A stretch of 20,000 nucleotides of DNA from IMG/VR virus record IMGVR_UViG_3300030330_006853. One strand, 5' to 3'. Positions 8,946-17,133 of the stretch are shown here, piece after piece (position 1 is the stretch's first letter; each line of letters begins with the position of its first letter). Both the position numbers and the translations under genes were made by a program. The notes under the pieces are model-generated. The model had not been told where the DNA came from, searched no databases, and saw nothing but the letters and a program-made list of their open reading frames with translations. Source of the stretch: an uncultured virus (IMG/VR IMGVR_UViG_3300030330_006853). Lineage: Duplodnaviria > Heunggongvirae > Uroviricota > Caudoviricetes.

Positions 8946-9077
8946 TTATAGAAGAAACAGAAGAGCTAAATTTACAACTGCTAAAACTGCAGCGCCTGTT
9001 GCAACCCAACCTATTTTTTTAACTCTGTCTTCAACGGCAATTAATTGAGCTGCCATTCTTTTAGGATTGATTGACAT
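8946..9077 (-). CDS. Small membrane protein (43 aa), absent from the ORF track
   Basis: Hand translation: MSINPKRMAAQLIAVEDRVKKIGWVATGAAVLAVVNLALLFLL*. The ATG directly follows the M23 stop, and there is one C-terminal hydrophobic helix. Confidence 0.75.
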   Translation of the reverse strand: MSINPKRMAAQLIAVEDRVKKIGWVATGAAVLAVVNLALLFLL

Positions 9078-9671
9078 TTAGTTTCCTCCTGTGTGAAAAT
9101 GATCTTCGTGATCATGTGAGTGAGCCTCATCGACAAAGCTGTTAGGGTCGATCTGAACTCCGCTCGCATCCGTGACTTCAAAGTGAAGATGAGGACCGGT
9201 GCTTCTTCCCGTTGAACCTACCTCTCCGATAAGCTCACCTTTCTCGATCCTGTCACCTCGCTTTACATAAATATTACTCAAGTGACAATACTTGTTAAAG
9301 ACTTCTTCGCTGACCTTCACTATGACATAGTGTCCACAACCCCGATACCCTTTTGAGGTCTTAACAATCCTTCCTGCTGCTAGTGCAGGGATTCCAGCTC
9401 CGTATCTTCCCGCGAAATCAATGCCCCGATGAAAACGAGTCCCGAAAGTAAAGGGATCGTTTCTCCAGCCCCAGTTAGAAGTCACGATATCGTAACGAAC
9501 TAAGCCCTTTGATTTAGCAATCTCGGACTTAACAATCGGAACGGGCTTTTTCTTGTATTTTTTGTTAAATTTATTGATCTGGGGAACAAAATTATGATTT
9601 GCATAGTCGATTCCATGAAATAGAAGGTAGAAAAAGCCCATCATTTTCATGTAAGCAGCTAATTTATTCAT
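9078..9671 (-). CDS. M23 family metallo-endopeptidase (peptidoglycan hydrolase)
   Basis: Zinc motifs HRGID (HxxxD) and GPHLHFE (HxH), plus YCHL and GSTGRSTG. N-terminal hydrophobic anchor and His-rich C-terminal tail. Confidence 0.93.
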   Translation of the reverse strand: MNKLAAYMKMMGFFYLLFHGIDYANHNFVPQINKFNKKYKKKPVPIVKSEIAKSKGLVRYDIVTSNWGWRNDPFTFGTRFHRGIDFAGRYGAGIPALAAGRIVKTSKGYRGCGHYVIVKVSEEVFNKYCHLSNIYVKRGDRIEKGELIGEVGSTGRSTGPHLHFEVTDASGVQIDPNSFVDEAHSHDHEDHFHTGGN

Positions 9672-9711
9672 CTTATTTCTCCTGTTTCTATTTTACCACA
9701 GGAAATAAAAC

Positions 9712-9996
9712 TTACACATTTTCATTACACTTTGGACATCGATACAAAATCTCAGCACCTCTAAAAGTTGCTTGCCAATCATCTAAAGCCCCGGGTTGAT
9801 TTTGATCGAAAGGCTCTGGGCAAAAACTACACTTTTTAGGGAGCATTCTGAGAAGATTCGTAAGACCATCAAGCTTTTTTTGTGAATCAATTCTGTGCTT
9901 TTCTTCAGAAAGCCTTTTTTGCTTAGACTTATTAGCTCTTTTAAGTCTTTTCTTTTCAGACTTTTTCTGATTTTTACGAGAATTTTTATTTTTCAT
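9712..9996 (-). CDS. Basic protein with C-terminal zinc ribbon
   Basis: Lys/Arg-rich N-terminus followed by CSFC and CPKC. Confidence 0.75.
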   Translation of the reverse strand: MKNKNSRKNQKKSEKKRLKRANKSKQKRLSEEKHRIDSQKKLDGLTNLLRMLPKKCSFCPEPFDQNQPGALDDWQATFRGAEILYRCPKCNENV

Positions 9997-10023
9997 TAAA
10001 CACCTTCTCTATTATGGTTATCT

Positions 10024-10052
10024 ATTATATAGAGAGAATACAGAGTTATCTA
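10024..10052 (-). promoter_or_regulatory. Sigma70-type promoter candidate
   Basis: On the minus strand, TAGATA (10052-10047), a 17-nt spacer, then TATAAT (10029-10024), upstream of the 9996 start. Confidence 0.55.
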
Positions 10053-10056
10053 TACT

Positions 10057-10311
10057 TTATTCATTATCATCTAATATTATAGATCTTATAGGAATATTGT
10101 ATCTCTGATATCTGTACAGTACGGGAATAGCTAACGTGAGATAGTCATCATCCTCGTTAAAGTGAAATCCGGAGCCCCGATCATCTTCGAAAAGATATCT
10201 TCCTGGACGACCTACTGGCCGACCAATAATCAAACCTAGATTTTCCGATTCTTCGTCCCTGAATTTTATTAGATTACCTACTGCGAATGTATTGTAGTAG
10301 ATCTTTTTCAA
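10057..10311 (-). CDS. Hypothetical small beta-rich protein
   Basis: 84-aa ORF whose TTG start abuts the upstream stop. FAVGNLIKF...LGLIIG resembles small KOW/SH3-like phage proteins. Confidence 0.6.
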   Translation of the reverse strand: MKKIYYNTFAVGNLIKFRDEESENLGLIIGRPVGRPGRYLFEDDRGSGFHFNEDDDYLTLAIPVLYRYQRYNIPIRSIILDDNE

Positions 10312-11433
10312 TTACTCAAAGACTGCTAGCAGTTCACCTTCTCCGCCCGGAATATCATCTTCATCATATTCCTCTTCAGCGAAGATATCTTCTTCTGCGC
10401 TAGCTAAAGTTTCACTTGAAGATTGTGGCATATTTTTAGGTTTTACTAAAGGCTTGCTAGGTGTTTTGATATTCTCTGATAAGCCTTTAAATAACTCAAT
10501 TACTTTGTTGTAAGCATCATCTTCTGTCTTGACATCATCGCGTATGAATATCAAGTAAAGTGCATTACCCAGTCTCTTCTGTGCAAGCAGAGCATCGCTG
10601 TCAAAAGATTCCATGAAGGCGTCTAATGACTTTGTGACACCAAACAAGTCTTGCATAAAGTTAACGACACCTCCTGCATCCCATCCCGGTGCATTTTTCA
10701 TAGATAATCCGTAGTCATCAGCTACCTTTTCGCTCGCAAAAGGATTATCTTGCTCGGAAACTACTTTCTCTGCTCCGACAGCTGCATCTCCTGCAAGGCC
10801 AGGAGCAACAATCGACGCCCCTATACCTGCCCCCATTTGACGCTTAGTAAGTTTATAAGTTGCCCCTTTTGATATATTGAGAGCCTTTGCAACTTTACCT
10901 ACAGGAGGTGCAGCTTTAGTTGCTACTTGCACTGCACCAAACACACCAGGCGCAATCTTTCCAAAAAATGCTGCAGCAGGACCAAAAGCAATCCAGCTTA
11001 AGAAATAAATTGCACCCGTGGCATACTTCTTCAGTCTAAAAGCATCAAAAATATCTCTGACGGCTTCTTGGAAGTCACCCCTTCCTTGAATTGTTACCGT
11101 TCCGTCCTCGTCAGGCTCAGATTTCTCAGGTTTTGAGGCGATCTGCTTAAGCCTAGAAAATCCAGAATTAATAAGTTCTGCAATGTAGTATGCTCCTCGT
11201 CCTGCCATGTCCTTGCTATTAAATCCGCTTACCTGCCAAGTAGCAGTTGTCAGTGCATCTAAATCAGACATTACTTTTGAAGAAGCTTCACCGTTTCTAA
11301 TTTTATCTAAGTTATTAAAAACGTTGCTCTGTATGTTATTCCATGCTTGCTTTCTACCCTGTTCTTTCTTTTGCTCAGATATCATCTCTTGGATTACAGG
11401 TTTTAATGTCTTTATATCCATAATCTTTTTCAT
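10312..11433 (-). CDS. Motif-bearing Ala/Gly-rich protein with hydrophobic segments (putative virion-internal/ejected protein)
   Basis: N-terminus IKTLKPVIQEMISEQ, hydrophobic stretches GAIYFLSWIAFGPAAAFFG and GAGIGASIVAPGLAG, acidic C-terminus. Confidence 0.8.
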   Translation of the reverse strand: MKKIMDIKTLKPVIQEMISEQKKEQGRKQAWNNIQSNVFNNLDKIRNGEASSKVMSDLDALTTATWQVSGFNSKDMAGRGAYYIAELINSGFSRLKQIASKPEKSEPDEDGTVTIQGRGDFQEAVRDIFDAFRLKKYATGAIYFLSWIAFGPAAAFFGKIAPGVFGAVQVATKAAPPVGKVAKALNISKGATYKLTKRQMGAGIGASIVAPGLAGDAAVGAEKVVSEQDNPFASEKVADDYGLSMKNAPGWDAGGVVNFMQDLFGVTKSLDAFMESFDSDALLAQKRLGNALYLIFIRDDVKTEDDAYNKVIELFKGLSENIKTPSKPLVKPKNMPQSSSETLASAEEDIFAEEEYDEDDIPGGEGELLAVFE

Positions 11434-11441
11434 AATTTTTC

Positions 11442-12614
11442 CTACAAAACACTTTTAAGCTTAGACTGAGTGTCTTTAAGTTTAGCTCGCCAGTCAGGAT
11501 CACCTGATTTTCGATAAAGACTTCTAAGGGTTACAGGTGATATCTCATCATTACCTCTTATCTCAACAAAACTCCAAGAGTTTCCTCCTGGATCACTTAT
11601 GAATCTGGCAACTAGCTTTTCTGGTTTAACCTGACTTCCTTTGTACTTTGATATCACCACCTTGCCGCGATACTTGGAATCTTTTCCTGCTTTTCTCGAG
11701 GGCTTAGTAAGCGTATAAATGTTTCCAGGCTGATAAACCCCGACAGCCTTCAATTTACTTGTTATGTCGACAGCTTTTGCTTGACCTAAATTAACTTCTT
11801 CTTGGCCCATATTTGCGACATCAACTTCATCACTATCTGATGCTGAAAAATAAAGTGTTCCCGCCAGTGCACCCCCAATAACAAGAGTTCCTAGTGTTTT
11901 CACTAGCCACTGCGGGACAGACCAGCTTTCATCGTCAACTGCACCTGTAACCACTCTAGATGAAACATCAGCAACTGCATATGCTTTTCCAAGCCTTGTG
12001 GCATAAAGTCTACCCACTCCCGGGAGTTTTTCCAAAGCACCATCCAGCTGCTTGAATATTTCTATTACTTTGTTAGAGTCTCCTTTGGCTGCAGCCGCCT
12101 CTGCCTGACCTAAAAGTCCGGCAACGTCATCCATTCCTTGTGCAGCAACATCATCTGCAGATCGAACAGCAGCTTTTCCACCTTCTCGGGTAACTGTAAC
12201 AGTAATAGCTTCTCTTCCTCCTGCTGCCGGGAGTCTAATACTTGTTGCACCCTTATCAATTAAAACCTTGAGCTCGTCCATTCCGGAAGCCCCTAGAGCT
12301 TGTGCGCCTTTAGCTGTAGCTCTTCCTGTAGAGCTGCCGGTGCCTTTTCTAAGATTAGCTCTTTGTCTTGAAAGCCTCTGGTATCTTTTTCCTAACTCTC
12401 TTTCAGCAGCATCACTACTTTTTCTTAGTGCAGAAACAGACTTACCAGTTTTACCAATATCATCTGCTAGTTTAGTTGCCGCTGCAGCAGCATCATCTGC
12501 TCCCAGCTTTCCAAGATCATCAGCTAGTCTTAAAATTGTTCCAAGTCTCTCCGCTAGAATTGAAGAGAGTTCTTCTATGATGATAGGCTTAAGATTTTTC
12601 GGATCTAATGACAA
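11442..12614 (-). CDS. Motif-bearing Ala/Gly-rich protein with hydrophobic segment
   Basis: N-terminus LDPKNLKPIIIEELSSILAE, ADD repeats and segment LGTLVIGGALAGTLYFS. TTG start with GGGAG SD. Confidence 0.8.
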   Translation of the reverse strand: MSLDPKNLKPIIIEELSSILAERLGTILRLADDLGKLGADDAAAAATKLADDIGKTGKSVSALRKSSDAAERELGKRYQRLSRQRANLRKGTGSSTGRATAKGAQALGASGMDELKVLIDKGATSIRLPAAGGREAITVTVTREGGKAAVRSADDVAAQGMDDVAGLLGQAEAAAAKGDSNKVIEIFKQLDGALEKLPGVGRLYATRLGKAYAVADVSSRVVTGAVDDESWSVPQWLVKTLGTLVIGGALAGTLYFSASDSDEVDVANMGQEEVNLGQAKAVDITSKLKAVGVYQPGNIYTLTKPSRKAGKDSKYRGKVVISKYKGSQVKPEKLVARFISDPGGNSWSFVEIRGNDEISPVTLRSLYRKSGDPDWRAKLKDTQSKLKSVL

Positions 12615-12632
12615 CTTAATCTCCCGGTATGA

Positions 12633-13106
12633 TTAGGCATCATCGCCTGGTAAATCAATCTGAGCAACGTCAGAAGCTCTAACCACATTGCCTTGAGCCA
12701 GAGCGCTGATAGCATTTTTAACTTCACTATATACGGCATCAACACTGTCGTGAAGGTCCGAAAAAAGATCTGTATCGCTATCTTCTAAAGAGTCTTGATT
12801 AAGATTGTATTCTTGTCTAGTAAGCTCGTCTAAGTCATCTCGAGCCGCGGCCAGATAAGCTAGAACATCTGCTAGCTTCTTGACTTTAATAGAATTATCA
12901 TTTTGCTCTTTTAGAGGTTTTCTTTTAGGTGGTTTTTCCTCATCTGCTTTGCGATCAGCAGGAACATATTCAAAGGGATCTACAAGATCATCACCACCGG
13001 CCCAAGCATCTTCAACAGCCCCAACTTCTGCGGGATCTTTGACATCGGAAATTCTTCCAAGTTCTTCACGAATTACTTTTCTAAGTTGACTAAGTGTTAA
13101 ATACAT
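12633..13106 (-). CDS. Motif-bearing acidic protein
   Basis: N-terminus MYLTLSQLRKVIREEL, strong GAGGAGG SD, and ATAGTTA upstream (13135-13141). Confidence 0.85.
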   Translation of the reverse strand: MYLTLSQLRKVIREELGRISDVKDPAEVGAVEDAWAGGDDLVDPFEYVPADRKADEEKPPKRKPLKEQNDNSIKVKKLADVLAYLAAARDDLDELTRQEYNLNQDSLEDSDTDLFSDLHDSVDAVYSEVKNAISALAQGNVVRASDVAQIDLPGDDA

Positions 13107-13134
13107 AAAGGCCTCCTCAAAGACACTCTCAGTA

Positions 13135-13141
13135 TAACTAT
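13135..13141 (-). promoter_or_regulatory. Putative late-promoter motif (ATAGTTA)
   Basis: Intergenic RATANTTA copy upstream of 13106. Confidence 0.55.
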
Positions 13142-13168
13142 TCTACAGAAAAGTAAAGTGTGATAATG

Positions 13169-13321
13169 TTAACCTACTTTGCCGAGAACCTTTTTGAGAA
13201 GCTGGATCACACTGTCCTCTAAGCCAGAGTTTTCAATAGCTTTAGATGCTGCAGCCTTAAGTCTACCAGCAGTGCTTTCTTTTTCCTGTCTATCAGGTGT
13301 GCCTGGAGTGGGTTTACTCAT
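13169..13321 (-). CDS. Small hypothetical protein (50 aa), absent from the ORF track
   Basis: Hand translation: MSKPTPGTPDRQEKESTAGRLKAAASKAIENSGLEDSVIQLLKKVLGKVG*. The start overlaps the upstream stop (TAATG). Confidence 0.7.
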   Translation of the reverse strand: MSKPTPGTPDRQEKESTAGRLKAAASKAIENSGLEDSVIQLLKKVLGKVG

Positions 13322-14559
13322 TAGTAGGTCCTGTCGACCAGTTCCATCGCTGCTGTAGTTCTCGGCCCAAGGCGTCGGATTCTACCCTTAAAGTCTGCTC
13401 TCCAACCCTGGGGACCTTGAAAATAGCGTGCCATGTGCGAACCATCGGCTCTTCTTTTGAAAACTTCTCTTTTCTCTGTGTCAAAGAAGTATTTGATATC
13501 TTTGAAAGATGGGTCAGTGGTGTTATCGTAAACTTTTTCTCTAATGAAGATATCTGTGATATCAACTTCGTCGCCACCACCGACACCAGGATCTTCGTCC
13601 TCACGTGGAAGTGTCATCGGAGGAGGAGGAAGGTCTTCAACGCTCATGTTGAGATCTTCATCAATATCCTCATCTGTAAGAACAGGCTCGATTTCACCCG
13701 CTGTTGCTCTACCAATTAATCCAGCTGCTATCATACCTGCGATTGCAAGAGCAGTCCAGTGTCCCGCGATCCCAGGAACTCTAAAAATAACATTTCTAGG
13801 ATATCGAACAAATCTAGCAAGAAACTCTTTAGCTCTTGCGGTAGGCGTTCCAAACTTTGCCACTGCTGCTAAAGCTTCTTTGGTTGTTGCGCCATCTGCA
13901 GTCTTTAGTGCTTTAAGAAGATCAGGAGTATTATGAACTCTCATAGTCCTTACACCGATTCCTCTTCCAGTAGCATCTTTAACGACTTTTTCTGCAACGC
14001 TTTTATTGAGGCGCATGAAAGAAGTTGTTCCGGGAAGGGTAAAAAATGTCTGGTCTCCAATCTGGAAAATTCTAGGACCTGGGTGAGGAGATCTACCTAG
14101 AGCGTGTGCAGCGCTAAGTGCATCTGCCATTTTCTTTCTTACTTTTGCACCGCCGGCCCCTTTTTCCATTACCTTCGAATATAGAAGCTTTGCATCGTCT
14201 GCTGTCAAAAGCCCTTTTTGAACACCTAGTTCAATCTGTGAAACGACAGTAGCTTTTGATGATGAAAATCCCCTAGCGCCCTGTCTTGCAGCGACGTTAA
14301 CTAGATCATCACCCACAATTTTAAGAACATCATCCGCTGTCTGAGCAGTTCTTGCGCTGCCAGCTGTTGCCGCTTTAGCAGCGACCTGTGCAGTGTCATC
14401 AGCAGCCTTTGCTGCAGTTTTTGCACCTCGTCCAAAAAGGGAGGCTATTCTTGACAGAATTTGCTCGTCCATTGCGGCTAAGCTCTTTGATTCATTTGTC
14501 ATTTGTCGAATTTCTTCTTGAATGACTTTTCTAAGTGCGATTTCTAATTGATTACTCAT
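13321..14559 (-). CDS. Motif-bearing Ala/Gly-rich protein with hydrophobic segment
   Basis: N-terminus IALRKVIQEEIRQMTNE, an AKAADD-type region, and segment WTALAIAGMIAAGLIG followed by an acidic/Pro linker. Confidence 0.85.
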   Translation of the reverse strand: MSNQLEIALRKVIQEEIRQMTNESKSLAAMDEQILSRIASLFGRGAKTAAKAADDTAQVAAKAATAGSARTAQTADDVLKIVGDDLVNVAARQGARGFSSSKATVVSQIELGVQKGLLTADDAKLLYSKVMEKGAGGAKVRKKMADALSAAHALGRSPHPGPRIFQIGDQTFFTLPGTTSFMRLNKSVAEKVVKDATGRGIGVRTMRVHNTPDLLKALKTADGATTKEALAAVAKFGTPTARAKEFLARFVRYPRNVIFRVPGIAGHWTALAIAGMIAAGLIGRATAGEIEPVLTDEDIDEDLNMSVEDLPPPPMTLPREDEDPGVGGGDEVDITDIFIREKVYDNTTDPSFKDIKYFFDTEKREVFKRRADGSHMARYFQGPQGWRADFKGRIRRLGPRTTAAMELVDRTY

Positions 14560-14580
14560 TAATAAATTCCTATTTAAAGC

Positions 14581-15786
14581 TTAAAATTCTTCTTCTTTGA
14601 ATCGACCTTGAGACATTTGCTCCAGGCCAACTATCATAATGTCAAGAAGCTCCTTCGCGCTTGCATCTGCAAAATAACCGCCTTTAAGTTTCTCTTGAGC
14701 GGCTTTCATCGGGTTCTTCTTATATTCAGACGCGAAATTATTTCTAAATTTGTTGTAAAGCTTTTGTTGAGTTTTTTGGTCCTTTATTCCTTCAAAAGCC
14801 CTCTTCATTGCTTCGATGCCGTCCTGGACATGAGACCGGTTTGGCGAGCCAAGGACTCCTAAATGCAACCTAAGACTTTGCCCAACTTCACGCTGCATTT
14901 TGCGTGCACGACTAGCAATTTGAGAGTCAGTAATTTTTTCACCCTCTGCACCTTCGCCTTCTTTTTTCTTACTATCTTTTTGCTTGCCTCTTTGATTTAT
15001 TAAAAATTTCATAAGGGAGCCAAAAGCTACCGTGTCGTGCTTCTTTAAGTGATTCTCAAGTCCTTTAAATGCGCTGGAAGGGATTGAGTTTATAAAGTTT
15101 TTTAGATGAACGTCATCCGAAGTATTTGCCGCTTCATCTCCTAGCTCAAAGTCAATGCTTAGCTTCCCTTTTAAGACTTTGGCAATCTCTCCAGCAACAT
15201 CTGGACCAATTTGCTCATTAAGGCTTCTAATGGACTCTCTCACCATCTGTCTTATATCAGACTCCGATATTGCTGAATCAACCTTTTTTTCTCTAAAAAT
15301 ATCGAGCATTTCCTCATAGGATTTAGGGTTAGATTGAAAAGCATTTTTCATCGCCACAACAACTTTAGCTTCAACGGAATCTTTGCCCAGGCTGGCTAGA
15401 TTAGAAGGATCATCAAAACCTGAAGCTGCTTTTTCCTTTTCATCGTCACCAGAAACTTCTTTTTCAGCAGCTTTAAAAACATCATCATCGGAACCTACCT
15501 TGTAAAGGCTTTGCAAAGTATCCATAATGCGACGATACGCTTTAGGAAGCTTAGTGGCTGATATTTTTCTCTTACCTACGATTCTTTTAAACTTATCAGG
15601 AGCTCCGGAAACTGTGAACTCTTTAGCTTTTACATCTAAGTCGTATGTGAATCCTTGCCCGCGGTCCACGCGGATGGAAACCTTTCCGCCCTCTTCAACT
15701 TCTTCTTTGGATGCTTTTTGCTCGCTTAGAATACTGGAGGCAGGGATAAGGTTTTCAAGCTCTTTGGCGGAAATTTTAAATTTCAT
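14581..15786 (-). CDS. Charged hypothetical protein with divergent N-terminal and internal motif copies
   Basis: 401 aa. N-terminus MKFKISAKELENLI and internal ISESDIRQMVRESIRSLNEQ. Confidence 0.85.
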   Translation of the reverse strand: MKFKISAKELENLIPASSILSEQKASKEEVEEGGKVSIRVDRGQGFTYDLDVKAKEFTVSGAPDKFKRIVGKRKISATKLPKAYRRIMDTLQSLYKVGSDDDVFKAAEKEVSGDDEKEKAASGFDDPSNLASLGKDSVEAKVVVAMKNAFQSNPKSYEEMLDIFREKKVDSAISESDIRQMVRESIRSLNEQIGPDVAGEIAKVLKGKLSIDFELGDEAANTSDDVHLKNFINSIPSSAFKGLENHLKKHDTVAFGSLMKFLINQRGKQKDSKKKEGEGAEGEKITDSQIASRARKMQREVGQSLRLHLGVLGSPNRSHVQDGIEAMKRAFEGIKDQKTQQKLYNKFRNNFASEYKKNPMKAAQEKLKGGYFADASAKELLDIMIVGLEQMSQGRFKEEEF

Positions 15787-15793
15787 TTATGAG

Positions 15794-15859
15794 TTCTCCC
15801 GGCGACGCAAAAATGAATTACATTCTACGTTCAGACAGTAAATATTTCATCCGGAAGAA
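15794..15859 (-). promoter_or_regulatory. SD-sequestering inverted repeat enclosing a putative late promoter
   Basis: In the mRNA, UUCUUCCGG (15859-15851) pairs with CCGGGAGAA (15802-15794; contains the GGGAG SD) over 9 bp with one G-U. ATATTTA (15839-15845) lies between the arms. Confidence 0.55.
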
Positions 15860-15872
15860 AAAATAAAATCTA

Positions 15873-16103
15873 TTAAGAAGCTTCTTGCTTAGCTTTCATC
15901 TCATCCAAAGACGACTTCATATCATCAAGTCGAGAATTAATGCTTTCCTCCAGGGCTTTGATCGCTGTGAGGATCTCTTCTTTGGCTCCACCAAGTTCAG
16001 CCTCAACGTGTGCCTTGTCAGCTAGCTCCTGCTCTTGAATAACAGGGCGATGATTCAGCTCTCGACGAATAAATTCTCTTAATTGTCTTTGTGATAGCTT
16101 CAT
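15873..16103 (-). CDS. Motif-bearing small coiled-coil protein
   Basis: N-terminus MKLSQRQLREFIRRELN; ATGA overlap with the cglF-like gene. Confidence 0.85.
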   Translation of the reverse strand: MKLSQRQLREFIRRELNHRPVIQEQELADKAHVEAELGGAKEEILTAIKALEESINSRLDDMKSSLDEMKAKQEAS

Positions 16104-16357
16104 ATGTTATCTGCGCTTTCTGATAACTTATCGCGAAAATTAGCGCGAACTTTGATAAAATTTTTGAATTTAATATCTTTGCGAACACCAACGTATGCAC
16201 CTTCGGGCTTAGTAAGCTCACCCTTAATTGTGACATCGGAAAAATCAATTGATGTCTTCTTTTTGTAGGACACAGTGTCTTCTTGCTGGACCACATCGCC
16301 GGCATAGACATGAGATGCCCATAAAAGCGCTATTAAAAGTGCAAGAATTTTATACAT
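16100..16357 (-). CDS. cglF: Adventurous gliding motility protein CglF/GltF homolog (secreted)
   Basis: Signal peptide MYKILALLIALLWASHVYA, then YKKKTSIDFSDVTIKGELTKPEGAY...IKVRANFRDKLSESADNI. This closely matches my recollection of myxobacterial CglF (KKTVIDFxDVxVEGELTKPEGSY...LIKVRxNF...SVDNL). Start taken at the ATG at 16357 (AGGGA SD); the track uses TTG at 16372. Confidence 0.8.
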   Translation of the reverse strand: MYKILALLIALLWASHVYAGDVVQQEDTVSYKKKTSIDFSDVTIKGELTKPEGAYVGVRKDIKFKNFIKVRANFRDKLSESADNI

Positions 16358-16408
16358 GATATCCCTAGACAAATTAATCCCCGCGAAACACGAATGTCGC
16401 GCATTGAT

Positions 16409-16415
16409 TAACTAT
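16409..16415 (-). promoter_or_regulatory. Putative late-promoter motif (ATAGTTA)
   Basis: Intergenic RATANTTA copy upstream of the cglF-like gene, followed by a small hairpin with a UUCG loop. Confidence 0.55.
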
Positions 16416-16464
16416 CCAAGAAAAAGTAGAAGTGTCTTAAAATTTAACGTCGTGATCCTGGCGG

Positions 16465-16818
16465 TTACGCCATACCCACACCGGTGTCACGATATCTATT
16501 TGGCCCGCTGGAGACGCCCCGAAGCCTTGACACAAAGTCCGAAAGTTGAGCATCGCTAGCATCATCAAGCAAGTCTAGTGCTTGACGAACAGGTGATCCG
16601 ACCGGTAGGTCGGCTCGATTTCGAATGGCGCGGAGGACAGAATCGTGAAGGACGTCGGAATCCACCGCGGAGCGGGTCACGGCGCGGGCTTGAACAACAG
16701 GGGCCATTGGATCGGCATCTTGATCATTGCCGGAAGGCAAAACGTAATCGGTGGTGGGGCTTATGGCAACTAGTTCTTCTCGAACAATCTTGCGCAGATC
16801 TTTAAGCTTGATCTGCAT
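16465..16818 (-). CDS. Motif-bearing hypothetical protein
   Basis: Start reassigned to the ATG at 16818, giving MQIKLKDLRKIVREEL; AAGGTG SD. Confidence 0.8.
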   Translation of the reverse strand: MQIKLKDLRKIVREELVAISPTTDYVLPSGNDQDADPMAPVVQARAVTRSAVDSDVLHDSVLRAIRNRADLPVGSPVRQALDLLDDASDAQLSDFVSRLRGVSSGPNRYRDTGVGMA

Positions 16819-17125
16819 CGCTTTCACCTTCGGTGTTCTCGAGCATGCTCACGGCACGAGACTTGGTGCCACTATTTGCAACTTTCATAGCCTTAGAAAG
16901 GTCACCTGCGACGCATTGATCATCATGATCGGAATCTAAAAGATGCACGACAACATCTGTCGGAACTCCTGCCAATGTAGCTTGACGTGCCATGTCTAAA
17001 ACATGTTTGCTACGTCTACCTTCGGCGTCGGTTTGAAAAACAACAGGAGCGCGGTCGGCTTCTTTAAGGGCTGTTTGAAGCTCCTCGGCAATGATCTCGC
17101 GGAGGCGATTTTTAGAAATACGCAT
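16802..17125 (-). CDS. Motif-bearing hypothetical protein
   Basis: Start reassigned to the ATG at 17125, giving MRISKNRLREIIAEEL; AGGA SD just after the upstream stop. Confidence 0.8.
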   Translation of the reverse strand: MRISKNRLREIIAEELQTALKEADRAPVVFQTDAEGRRSKHVLDMARQATLAGVPTDVVVHLLDSDHDDQCVAGDLSKAMKVANSGTKSRAVSMLENTEGESDADQA

Positions 17126-17133
17126 GTTAAATC

